Assembly (NCBI GenBank): GCA_951406725.2
Contig: OX597817.1
Span: 57,102,001 to 57,166,000, forward strand
Direction of reading: 5' to 3'
DNA from: Octopus vulgaris
Lineage: Eukaryota
Length of the DNA: 64,000 nt
Shown: piece after piece, positions 52,469 to 64,000 of the stretch
How the letters are laid out: the number at the start of each line of letters is the position of its first letter
Numbering within the stretch: the stretch's first letter is position 1
Notes under the pieces: generated by a model
Database searches by the model: none
What the model was told of the DNA's origin: nothing
Seen by the model: only the letters and a program-made list of their open reading frames with translations
Translations under genes and position numbers: made by a program

Positions 52469-54533
52469 CTGTCCAAAGAATTATTGTAATTTCCATAATT
52501 CTCCTCTCTTTCAGCACTGTTTGTTGGATCTTGCCTTCTATCAGGACTGGCACGATTTGAAGAGCTATCTCTTATACCTGGTTGCACAGCAACGACAGGC
52601 TGGGGCCTAACAACAGCAGCTTCATGTGCTATAGAGTCTTGTCTCAGAGAGATTGGGTCATGATGAACTGTATCTGGCCTAACTGGGAATGATTCATGAT
52701 GTACAGCATCACGCTGATGAGCCTCTTGTCGAATAGGGAGGGCTTCGTGCCGAATTGGAAGGGCTTCGTGCCGAATTGGAAGGGCTTCGTGCCGTAGTGG
52801 AACTGCTTCATGTCTGACAGGCTCTTGTCGTATAGGGACAGCCTCATGTCTCACGGGTTCCTGACGTATAGGGACCGCTTCATGCCTGACTGGTTCCTGT
52901 CTCATCGGGACAGCCTCGTGCCTCATGGGCTCCTGGCGTATAGGGACAGCCTCATGCCTCACTGGCTCCTGACGTATAGGAACAGCCTCATGCCTGACCG
53001 GTTCCCGTCTGAAAGGTTCGTGAAGTGGTGAGCTGGAAGCTTGCCTGACTGATTGTTCATTTACTTCAGATTCATAAGAATCATTTGCATTTGTCTTGGT
53101 TCCTGCAGATTCGTTTAACCATTTCTTGCGTGCATTTTCAATGGTACGTTGGATCTCTTCCCGTGAAAAGGGTTTATGAGAAGGTCGCTGGGAAACAAAA
53201 TGTGAAGAATCTTCACCAGTAATGTTCTCACCGCTAGAATTCTGTCTCATATAGCGCCGTATATTTGCAGGAATTCCACCTGAAACCTGCCCGTTCTTAT
53301 CAATTCCAGCAGATGATTGACTTGCTACCATATGTAGAAAGGCCTCTTTGCCAACTTGGTGTCTTATTTTGGTTTGTTGCCGTTCTAAATCAAATTTCTT
53401 TTGTTCAATCTGTTTTCTCCTTTCTTCTAGTTTCATACGAATATTCACCTGGTCAGACTGTGAGTGTTGACCCTCTGATGGACTTTCTGGTGTTGTGACA
53501 TGCGAACGTCGAGAATTTTGCTGCCAGGTTATTTGATGGGCCTTGTTGCTTTTCTCTTCGTCCTTTTTCTGGAATGGATCTTTAAGTGGAACCTTGCTCG
53601 GGGAATCAGGTTCTTGACCCCTTTGCATATAAACTAAAGACGTTAAAGGGCCGCTCATGTCTCGCATCTTTTTGATCTGAGCAAAGTTTGTGGTTTTGGA
53701 TTTATCAAGAATCTCCTCCATGATGGGACCAGAGTTGAAAAGGGGCTTCATTAAGGGATCTTTCAACTTCATAGAGTCTGTAAGTATGAATGTATCTTTC
53801 GGATCTTTTGATTCTTTAGCTTTATGGTCACGGTGAATTTTCTGAGACTCGTGATCAGAGAAGTCACCGGAACTCCGATTACTCGCAATGCTGCCCTCTC
53901 TGGAAAAACACCGCCGAAGTTCGATTTCATCGGTCTGGGTCAATGGAACAACTGGTAAACCTTCCTGGCGAGCACTGTTCACACTTGAAGGTCTGTCGGG
54001 CAGAGTGAAACTTTGGTCAACGCCAAATTGTCTCAATGAGTCATCTGGATTGCTGGCCCCAGAGCTATGCCGACTACGAGGAAATGTAGCCGACTGTTCA
54101 GTGGGCATAGAGCTTCTCTTAAAGAGCTGTTGTAGACTTGACTCTTCTCTGCTGATGTCACCACCATATTGATCAGTAGGATCCAATATCATTGGTTCTT
54201 CCAGTATCCGAGACGTCTGCTTCCCATGCGAGCCACCACGACATGGGGAACTCATTTTGATATTATGTTGGTCACCTCTCTCAGCCTCTTTGCTATGGTT
54301 GAAGTTTTTCTCTTTGGCTGGTTTCAGCCGAGCAGGTAACAGAGGGTCTGAAGATGGTCCCTGAGAGGCAACCCAGTTATCTACATCAGGCTTTGGATTG
54401 TAAGCCATGTTACCGACGCCATCAGCATTTGAGTACGCCAGCAGAGCAGGAGAACAATCCAGCTGGTCTTGCCAGGAGGGGTGTGATCTCACTTTAGAAG
54501 CTCTGCCAGGAATTGTGTAATGTGGTTCTTCAA
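52469..54533 (-). CDS. Patronin: CAMSAP/patronin large central exon with CC1 and a coding tandem repeat
   Basis: Within 710-aa ORF; acceptor ttttctgttccag, donor gtttgt, 2065 nt, phase 1->2; PLLPARLKPAKEK, IRMKLEERRKQIE, RHQVGKEAFLHMV. Confidence 0.95.
52732..53010 (-). repeat. Coding minisatellite: 6 x 36 nt (RQEPVRHEAVPI) followed by 3 x 21 nt (RHEALPI)
   Basis: Directly visible in the translation of the large exon. Confidence 0.95.
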
Positions 54534-54683
54534 CTGGAACAGAAAATAAAATTGGTATTAGAATCGAAAGAACAATTTGGACATTTTTGTAATTGGTTCT
54601 TTTAAACTAATTTCCAATAATTTACTGCCAAAACATTCAACAATATCCAAAATTTTATCCAAATAGCTTTGGTTATTTCCTGT

Positions 54684-55393
54684 TTAACCCTTTAGCTTTC
54701 AGATTATTCTGTCAAATGTAATTAGCTTAATTATTCTCATTGCTTTTAATTAATCTTGCATTATCTTATAGCTTCATGATCTTGACGCTGTGATTGTATA
54801 TTTCTAGAATGACATTGTAGGGGTAGGTTTGGGGGTAGGGCTGGAACTGGCCAGTGTGAGCCTAAAATAGGTAGAATATTTAGGCCTGATATGACTAGTT
54901 TAACCCTTTTGTTAGCGTATTTATTTTGAGATGCTCTGTATTTCTTTCAATTACTTTAAATATAACAAAAAATTCAGTAAAATAACTTCGTTATCATTAA
55001 GCTAGTGTTAGCAACATAAATTGTGACTAAGGTTTGGTGGAAGATTTCAATTCAAAAATTATGAAAACAAGACATTTGTACTCAGAGCCAGAGACAGTTT
55101 CAGCCAGGTTGGTAACAAAAGGGTTAAGAATTGTTTCTCTATTATATATTTTAACCCTTTTGTTACCATATTTCTGTTGAGATGTTCTGTATTTCTTTCA
55201 ATTATTTTAACTATAACAAAGAACTTAGTAAAATAACTTAGTTATCATCAAGTTAGTGTTAGGAACATAAATTTTGACTAAGGATTGGTGGAATATTTTA
55301 ATTCAAAACTTATGAAAACAAGACATTTTACCACAGAGCAAGAGCTGGTTTTGGCCGAGTTAGTAACAAAAGGGTTAAATGTAAGAAGGTTAA
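54684..55393. mobile_element. Nested piggyBac-type MITEs: outer element plus two tandem ~225-bp inner copies (54900-55127, 55151-55378)
   Basis: TTAA-cccttttgttacc ... ggtaacaaaaggg-TTAA termini. Confidence 0.85.
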
Positions 55394-56016
55394 AGCAGTG
55401 GTTTTACAAAATGAATTGGAGAAAGAAAGGGGGAATGGATTAAGACTTCAGAAAAGGGCTGAAGAAGTGACAAAAGACAACAGATTCCATTGTATCGTAT
55501 ATCTGGTCTACCCTTCAAAGTCAATCACTATTAAACAGTTCAATAACAACAACTACAGTATCTACACTTAGTACTATATAACCGTCAAAGTTTGTATCAT
55601 TTGAACAAGTTTAACGTTTGTTAAATTAATTACATTTTAAAAAAGAAAATGCAATTATTTTATTACAAAACTATAACTTGTTCCTTTTATATTTCCTGTG
55701 ATTGATGTTATTTTACAAATCTGTATATTAAATACCCTTTCATAAACCAAAGGGGCTCTAGATGTGAGTTTGTAGGCCCAAGATGCTGCAATTTGTAAGT
55801 GTTTCGGAACCACAGGATTAAAATCAAATTTTTTTTACACATATATTGCAATAATTTGATAATATTCAGAAAATGAAATTTCTTCCCATTTCTTACAGAG
55901 ATTTTTGGAAAATTATTTCGTATCTTGTGAGGGAAAATAAGTCTTTTTTTTTCAACAAAGTATTGCTAAAAAATGTTAACATTACTAAAGAAACATTTGA
56001 AAATATATATTCTTAC

Positions 56017-56072
56017 CATCTTTTTGTGAATACCGTTTTGATAACAATGGTTCTCGAGTTAGAGGAGCAGAA
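56017..56072 (-). CDS. Patronin: CAMSAP/patronin 56-nt exon (ISAPLTREPLLSKRYSQKD)
   Basis: Acceptor ctcctcttttgtag, donor gtaaga; phase 2->1 is exactly what is needed to bridge 57604 (phase 2) and 54533 (phase 1). Confidence 0.88.
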
Positions 56073-56303
56073 CTACAAAAGAGGAGAGATTAATATTAAT
56101 ATTTTTCCACAAATCTTTTATATCAAGATTCTAAACACAGACAAGAGAGGGCCTACAGTCAAGGGTCAATATTGGACTAGAACAGTTTTTATCAAAAGCA
56201 AATGCATGAAAGACAAAAAATCATCCTTGAGGAGTTCTGAACTTAGAACCAACTAAAGAATAGTGCTTAAAATATCCTATTATTGTATTTTTATAATTAG
56301 ATA

Positions 56304-57424
56304 CTAGCAAGTGCACCCATCCTTTGGATGGTTTAAGTTGCTTTGGTGGTATCTTTTTCTTTTTCACCAAATAACTGAAGTAGCGAGAAGGTTTATGAGT
56401 AGCACGGCAATCTATATTTCCGATTAACCTAGGAACAGAAAACCAAATTGAAGGCTGGTTATTGTGGAGGTCGTTGCACTTTTAATGATCATAGAACATA
56501 TAAGTTTGCAAAGTAGAGCTACTGAAGTGTTTTGGGAGTAGATTACGGATAATGACTACAAAATATAGTTGTTTTACATGAAAGTGAAATTTCTTGTCAG
56601 AAACAGCCTCGTAAATGGTGTAAGGAAATTGAAGGAAGACGGTGACACTTCCCCTCTGTGAGTTTATTTTTTCAACAGCTAAGGGAGCTATTTTTTCAGA
56701 GAGATAACCTAACAAAAGCCCCTTTATTCTGCCTTCCCACACAACCTGTGCATAAACAGCGAATGCCGCATACAGTTAAATGGCATGGAGCTTTCTGAAA
56801 GATATGTATAGCTTTCGCTAGTGGAAGCAAAACCCTTATTTAAAGGTTGATTCTTTGGGACGAATCATATGGGATTGTTTAAAAAGGGCTAGAACAACAA
56901 TGATAAGATGTATTTGAAACAATGGACAACTGTCGAAATATCATCATGGATGGGTAAATAAGAATCCTTAAAGTGAAACAACGGTATCAAAGGTAAACAA
57001 AGGTATCAACAATCAGAAGAGAGGGAAGGGAACATCACCTTTCAAGTAACTCAGAATACGTAAAGGTAAGCTTGCCTAAGTTTAATGCAGCTTAAATATG
57101 GAAATTAAGAAAGTTTGGTACTGGATATTCATCATGTACAGTGTTCCTAGTCAATTGAATTACTGCCGGATGTGGACAGCGGAAATAAATAGACAAAATC
57201 CTTTCATTTTTATAAAGAGATTTAAAAAGTATAGAAAACCCTACATACAAAAAAACCATGTCCGTTTACGTGCGACCTCTGGGCAAAATGTTATAGTGCA
57301 TGACCATTCTTGGGGCATAAGTAATGTGTGCGTAAAGTTTGGTGAAAATCGGTTGAGAATTATGGAAATGTATGCATTAGTAATTATACACACACATACT
57401 GCGATTTATATGTACTAGACTAGA
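56304..57424 (-). mobile_element. Non-autonomous Helitron
   Basis: Minus strand starts TC (57424), ends CTAG (56304), inserted at A|T, subterminal hairpin ccatcc-aaa-ggatgg (56317-56331). Confidence 0.75.
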
Positions 57425-57603
57425 TTATTAGGAATTGTATGGAAAATATTCTTAAAATATTTTGTATCTCATAGAAATATAACCAGTTTATTGCACATAA
57501 AACATTAACATCAAAATCTTCCATATGACCCCCTAAGGCTCATATGCACCGGGGTTCAGAACTGATTGAGACAATATTTCAAAGTTAAAAATGGTATACT
57601 TAC

Positions 57604-57730
57604 ATTGAGTTGGAAGTATCTTGGGAGATAGAACTAACATCGTAAGTTTGGAAACTCTTCTTAGTGACATTACTAATTGGTACATTAGCTACAGATTGCT
57701 GACTATATCTTCTCTCATTAGAAACACCAT
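57604..57730 (-). CDS. Patronin: CAMSAP/patronin exon (NGVSNERRY...VPISNVTKKSFQ...)
   Basis: Acceptor ttcattttag, donor gtaagt, 127 nt, phase 1->2; PISNxTKxSF motif. Confidence 0.9.
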
Positions 57731-59238
57731 CTAAAATGAAAACAGAAAACTCGTTAAGCTGTTGTACATGAAGAGGCATTGTGTTGGAACCTTTTCTTTC
57801 ATTCAGTATCTCACAAAGATAGAACTCCTGCAATCCAATACAGAAATGACAGACTTAGCCTCTATTTATGACCGAACCAGACTACAAAGGGCAGAACCCA
57901 ATAAGCTTGTACAGAGACCAAAAAACTTTGGGGGTGAGAGAAGAGCCCATTACTCATAGACTGTTGCAATAAGATACACCATCATCATCATCATTTAATG
58001 TCCAATTTTCCATTCTTGCATGGGTCAGACAGAATTTGTTGAAGCAGATTTTTATAGTTGGGTGCCTTCCCTGCTGCCGACCCTCACCTGTTTTCAAGTG
58101 AAGTCATATTTCCCCATGACCAGATACATTTTTTTTTACATGGAAGACAGGAAATAAACAACATTGCTTGTGTTATGATGATGATCATCATCATCATTTA
58201 CAACCATCGCTTGCTGTCAAATACACACACCCATATATACATATAATAGGTCTCTTTCAGTATCTCTGCATCAAAGCCATTAACAAGGCTTTGGCTGGCC
58301 CAGAGCTACAGTAGATGGCACCTGGACATGGTGCCACACAGTGGAACTGAACACGTGACCACGTGGTTGGGGAGCAAGTTTCTTCATCACGTAGCCACAC
58401 CTGCATCAATACTCAGACCGGAGGCCTGACCAGAATATGTGCAGCAGAATGTAGACTCGTCTAAAAGTCCCAAAGTGCCAAATGGTGGTATAAAACCAGC
58501 CGAAAGCTCCAGACAGCTCCACACCAACAGACACAGTACATCTGTTTCCATCTATTCAATTTGTCTTAAGGGGATTAAGTCAAAACCAAAGGTATAGAAA
58601 AAGACATGCCCAATGCAGAGTGGGATCAAACCTTGAACAAAGTGATTTTGAAGGGAATTTCTTAATCACAAAATAAAACAAAATAATAATAATGATAATG
58701 ATGATGATGATAAAAAACTAGTATTTCTACATTCTGCCCCAGTGTGAAGAACTACAATGTCCACTGATGTAATTTGATCTCAGTACTGTACAGTGATTAG
58801 TAGAGTTGACAAAAGAGTCTGAGGAGTTCGGTTACAATCAGGAGTGAAGTACTTAACATTTCTGGCCCCTGCGTTTTGCTCGAGAACAAGGAAGAGAGTG
58901 AGACTGTCATCACTTGGGTTGTGAACAAGTGAATATGAAACGTGAAGTATTTCGTTTAAACTTTACTATTGCTTATATTCTCTACAATATAAACAACTTA
59001 TTTAGGCATAAGGCCAAAAATTCCTAAGGGAGGGGCACAGTCAACTGAATTGATTCCAAATATATGACTACTGCTTATTTTATCAAACCCAGAGGAATGA
59101 GGGCAAAAGTTGATTCTAGCAAGATATGACATAAAAATTAGACATAACTAAAGAAAATCCCCAAAAAAAAATTTTCTTCAGCTTTCTGCAGAGTTTGCCT
59201 TCCACTCACAAATGAAAGAAAAATATAAATACACTTAC

Positions 59239-59475
59239 TTTTATTTTCTGTTTGTAGATTTGTTGAAGAACTGGATGAAGGATTTTCAAATTTATTAAAT
59301 AATTCAGCTAAGTAGACATATACATTAAGGGTGATAAATTCATTGCAATAGAGCAGGTCTTCATAGGTAAAATGAAAGCATTTTGGTGTAGACAAGTAAC
59401 GGTCACAGAAGTTCTTTATCAACCGCAAATTGAAAAGGCAATCAGCAATACTTGGGGATTTCTTTATTACAATAT
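59239..59475 (-). CDS. Patronin: CAMSAP/patronin exon, CH domain C-terminal part
   Basis: Acceptor ttttgcag, donor gtaagt, 237 nt, phase 1->1; SIADCLFNLRLIKNFC, FHFTYEDLLY, YLAELF. Confidence 0.95.
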
Positions 59476-59892
59476 CTGCAAAATAAATCAAAATAAATTA
59501 AAACTAAAGTATTAGCCAATGCAAACAGTGGGGCGATATGAATTGGATTGTCTATGTTCAGTCCACTACGGGATGAAGTGGACTCAGTATGTTTTTTTGA
59601 TGCAGAGGCTGTGAATTTGAGCTTGAGATCATACTGGCTCAACATGGCTTGGCAGAGGGGTAGTTAAGTCTATTACAATCAACCCCAGGGCTCAACTGGT
59701 CTTTATTTTATTGACCCCAAAAGGATGAAAGGTAAAGTCAGCCTTGGTGGGATTTGAGCTCAGAGCATAAGGACAGACAAAACACTGCTAAGCATTTTGC
59801 CTAGCATACTAACAATTCTGCTAGTTCGTCGTGTGTGTATTGAAAAGTATTAACTGAGGAATGCCTTGCATAAGGATGCATTCCCTATTATA

Positions 59893-60098
59893 CAGGGTGG
59901 CCCAAAAGTAGGTTTACAGCTATTCAATGATCTCTTTCGCATTCTTACATTAAGAGTTTAGATTTTAATTGTAGAAAAAATAGGAAGCCATTATTCTATG
60001 CTAATTTAGTTAATTTTGTCAAGTTCCTTTTTCAGTTTGTAAGGTAGAAATTTAAAGTGCCTACATGATAACTTTAAACCTACTTTTGGGCCACCCTG
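59893..60098. mobile_element. Tc1/mariner-type MITE
   Basis: ta-cagggtggcccaaaagtaggttta / taaacctacttttgggccaccctg. Confidence 0.85.
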
Positions 60099-62156
60099 AA
60101 TATTATGCAATGATCTGAAACATACATATTAAATGCTTTCAAAATATTCTTTGCCTTGACTTCATTATCATAATTTATGTGATTTGATGCCAATACAAAG
60201 TAGCCAGTCCTGACTATTTATGCAGTGCCAGTGGCATGTAAAAAGCACCCATTACACTCTCAGAGTGGTTGGCATTAGGAAGGGCATCCAGCTGTAGAAA
60301 CTCAGCCAGATCAGATTGGAGCCTGGTGCAGCCTTCTGGCTTGCCAGTCCTCAGTCAAACCATCCAATCCATGCCAGCATGGAAAGCAGACGTTAAACGA
60401 CAGTGATGATGATGATACTCTGACAATGGTTTGGAGTAGTTCGCTCTGTCTGACTGAGGTTGAAAATTCTAGTAATGTGCATCACTTCTAAGCATCTCCA
60501 AGACATTAGACTCAGCAATGACTCCCCTAGTCTTGCGCCATTTCTGATCTACCAGTCATTCATTACAACACCCGTCTATGTTCGGATTGTCATTGCACAG
60601 GGGTCATCCGGACTCCCACTTTCACCATAGCAAAAGAGACTGATAAAATAACTACTAGGCTTACAAAGAATAAGTCCTGGGGTCGATTTGCTTGACTAAA
60701 GGCAGTGCTCCAGCATGGCCGCAGTCAAATGACTGAAACAAGTGAAAGAGAGTAAAAGAGAATAAACTAAATTTGTCCGACACACAGGATCATGTGTTCA
60801 CACTTTTCTGAAAAGCTTTTGACCAAAAATATAAAACTGCTCTGATATGGAAACATTGCTGAAAGCACTCTGGTATCAATGTGCAGATGAGATAATTATC
60901 TCTAAATTTGGTAACTGTTTAACAGAGGAACTAGTCAAACAGCTGAGAGACACCAGTGGTTTCTAACTCAACATAAATGTAACTGTATAATAGTGTGTCA
61001 ATGGCAGAGTCAGTTTTCTGCTGCATGGCCAAATCCACAAATCTGAAGAAATACCTATTTCTTTACTACCCACAAGGGGTTAAACACAGAGAGGACAAAC
61101 AAGGACAGACAAACTGATTAAGTCGAATATATTGACCCTAGTGCGTAACTGGTACTTTTTTAATCGACCCCGAAAGGACGAAAGGCAAAGTCGACCTCGG
61201 CGGAATTTGGACTCAGAACGTAGCGGCAGATGAAATACCGTTAAGCATTTCGCCTGATGTGCTAACGGTCCTGCTGGCTCACCGGAGGCGAAGCGGTAAC
61301 AACTGCATAGTGAGTTCAGCTTCTCTTCTGAATACAGTTAAGAGATGGATGAGCTCTGACCATGTGACTTGCCCTTAGTACAATATATAATGTTTTCAGC
61401 AAGGCCCTTGTTACAAAATAGTTTGCAGGGATGTTCACATCAGTACTAGGCATGGGTGTGTGTGTGTGTGTGTGTGTGCAACATTATTTGCTGTTTAACT
61501 CCAGGTCAGCCCTGTCCAAGTAAGCCAATCATCATCATCATCATCATCATTTAACATCTGCTTTCCATGCTAGCATGGGTTGGGTGATTTGACTGAGGTC
61601 TGGCAAACCAGACTCCAATCTGATCTGGCAGAGTTTCTACAGCTGGATGCCCTGCCTAACGCCAACCACTCCGAGAGTGTAGTGGGTGCTTTTATGTGCC
61701 ACTGGCACGAGGGCCAGTTTGGTGATATTGGCAACAGCCACACCCAAATGGTGCTTTTTATGTGCCACCTGCACAGGAGCCAGTCCAGCGGCACTGGTGA
61801 CGACATGATGAAAGGTTTTATCCATGATCACCCAGTTTTTTTGTTTTATTCTTTTATTCAGATACATCATATACCTAGGGCTACACTGTATCCTTCTGTT
61901 TTTATCAAGAAATAGGATGTGGCTTGAGAGAGATTTAGGTGCTATTGCCCACAGGTCAAGTAGAGAAGTCTTCCAGAGTGTTAGAATAGAGAAGTATTTG
62001 TTGAAGTTGACAGTGACACTAACTTCCTCATCCGTAACGCTGCAGATACAGAAAGTTCAAGCGATAATTGTGAGGATTATCCCAGCAATGATCCTATAAT
62101 ATGATGGACAAATGATGAAGTCAAAATCAACAGTTCTGAAGGATATAAAGCAACTA

Positions 62157-62375
62157 TTAACCCTTTTGTTACATTATTTCTGTTGAGATGCTCTGTGTTT
62201 CTTTCAATTAATTTTAAATATTACAAAGAATTTAGTAAAATAACTTACTTATCATTCAGCTAGTGTTAGGAACATAAATTGTGACTAAAGTTTGGTGGAA
62301 GATTTTAATTAAGAACTAATGAAAACAAGACATTTGTACTCAGAGCCAGAGCCGGTTTGGTAGCAAAAGGGTTAA
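62157..62375. mobile_element. piggyBac-type MITE, third copy of the 54900/55151 family
   Basis: TTAA-cccttttgttac ... gtagcaaaaggg-TTAA and colinear body. Confidence 0.85.
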
Positions 62376-62502
62376 ACACTTCTGAAAGGGGTGACAGAAG
62401 TATCAACATTTTTACGGAGTTTTTCAAGTGTTAACAAAGAAAAGAAGAGAAGAGAGAGAAGTGACTAACATCACAAATGGACGTGAAACACATTTCCCTT
62501 AC

Positions 62503-62608
62503 CTTGTAATCTTAAGCTATCCGAGCAGTAGAAGCTTATTAACACAGCCAGACTACATCCATCTCCAATATTACTCAATCCATTTAACACTGGTATCGTA
62601 GGATCACA
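62503..62608 (-). CDS. Patronin: CAMSAP/patronin exon, CH domain start (CDPTIPVLNGLSNIGDGCSLAVLISFYCSDSLRLQ)
   Basis: Acceptor ttttctttgcag, donor gtaagg, 106 nt, phase 0->1; DGxxLAxLIxFYC motif. Confidence 0.93.
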
Positions 62609-63314
62609 CTGCAAAGAAAATAATTCTCATGAAAGTTGGGTCATTCTAAACTATTCTCTCTAAAATTCAAACTGTACCAAACTGGAATCTATAAATGTAA
62701 ATCTTAACGTAATTTTTTTTTAATTAAAACAATATAATGTAATTAATACTAATAGAAAGTAATCTTTTAAATAGTCATTTACTCATCTTAATGTGCATCA
62801 CTGATAGGCCACTGTATATACATTAAGTATGATACATAAATTGCTATTTTAATTTAAAACTGCCTCAATGGTGTACACTGAGTGGCTTGAATAGTTTGTA
62901 ATCTTGCTGGTCAGTCATTAAATGGCCATGACCACTAACTACTACTGTGAAATATTTAGCCAATACATCTACTGACCAATGCTTTTTGAAGACAATGACC
63001 TTTGACCACTGCCCACCTTTCTTTGCAATGTAACGAGATAATAGTGAGTTATCTTCCCTTTACCCAACAATTCACATTTCCTCAGTTTCAAAAGGAACTT
63101 TTGGGTTTATTATTCAAACAATCCTTTCAGCTGTTCCTAAGTTTTGTCAAATACTACAGTTTAACAGCAAATACAAATTAAGCCAAGTTTCTCACATCTT
63201 AATTAAAACAAAGAGCCAAATAGCAATTCCTCTTTAGGGTATAACAAAGTCGATGACAACGTAGAGAATATTTAGGTTAATAAACAATCCATCACACAGG
63301 TTAAAACCAGTCAC

Positions 63315-63379
63315 TTGCCCTTGAATTTCGTTAACAGGGGCCACTTTGCTGCAAATGATTGGAAGGCGTGACCTCTGGT
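63315..63379 (-). CDS. Patronin: Probable upstream CAMSAP exon (DQRSRLPIICSKVAPVNEIQGQ), donor uncertain
   Basis: Good acceptor ttttgttatcttcag; in-frame donor is weak (caa/gtgact); an overlapping GC donor (agg/gcaagt) would be out of phase with the next exon. Confidence 0.45.
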
Positions 63380-63594
63380 CTGAAGATAACAAAATTATTA
63401 TAGCTGTAACTATGGAAGACTGGTGGGATTATTATTTGTATGGACTTAAAGATTGGTCGCTATTTGATATTGTTGTTGGGTAATTCTAAATTTCAATTAT
63501 TTACCAAATATCCTATAAGTAGGGGAACTCCTGCTGTGGCTCAAGTATAAAAAAAAAAAAGACGAATAGAGTTTTGTATTTCTAAAATGAGGAC

Positions 63595-63775
63595 ATAGTG
63601 GAGGAAGGCATTGGTTAATGCAGTGCAGGCAACTAGAGGTTCCAAGTTCGATTCCAAACAATGCACTGAGGTGAATCACAAGACACCTGAAGAAAGCTCA
63701 AGTGTTCAACAGTCAAGATGTAGTGAAAAGTAACGACGAAGATGAGGACAGCAGTCCGACTAATGTAACACTGTA
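63595..63775 (+). mobile_element. Degenerate relative of family HH-A (tRNA-like head plus CTGAAGA tail)
   Basis: aagttcgattcc B box, agacacCTGAAGAaagct ... aagatgaggaca; similar tail at ~47885-47975. Confidence 0.45.
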
Positions 63776-64000
63776 CAGAAGACAAATCAAGTTTAAATTT
63801 GCAACGTTGGAAATCTTTATTAAATGTAGTCATAAAGAACTATAAGCGATCTTTCGGTACAAGTACCATAACTGCCAATTATATGGGTTTATTTACATTT
63901 CTGAAGAAAAAAGAAACCCTTTTCCCCCACCCTAACCCCCCATATATAAAAAAAAACTTTACGGAAAGTGACGATCATCTTCTTCAAATGTAAACAAACA

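Overview
AT-rich, microsatellite- and SINE-dense animal DNA. The repeat landscape looks like an octopus/coleoid cephalopod genome, which is an inference. The whole window lies inside one minus-strand gene, a CAMSAP/patronin microtubule minus-end protein. About 16-17 coding exons (~4.95 kb, ~1650 aa) can be chained with consistent intron phases from the CAMSAP CH domain (~62.6-59.2 kb), through the coiled coils, to the CKK domain (2.36-0.19 kb). The start and the last exon fall outside the window. The introns hold CR1 and R4/Dong LINE relics, several SINE families, piggyBac/hAT/Tc1 MITEs, a mariner foldback, Helitron/Helentron derivatives and long TA-rich microsatellites. Two things stand out. 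(1) Several unrelated short repeat families carry Penelope-type hammerhead ribozyme cores, inverted-duplicated ends and long target-site duplications; one is fused to a tRNA-derived Pol III head. (2) A cassette of small phase-1 exons precedes the CKK domain, including a duplicated pair of 72-nt exons and a junction-encoded SRIP (SxIP) motif that would be switched off by a 33-nt microexon. All coordinates were read by eye and repeat boundaries are approximate.
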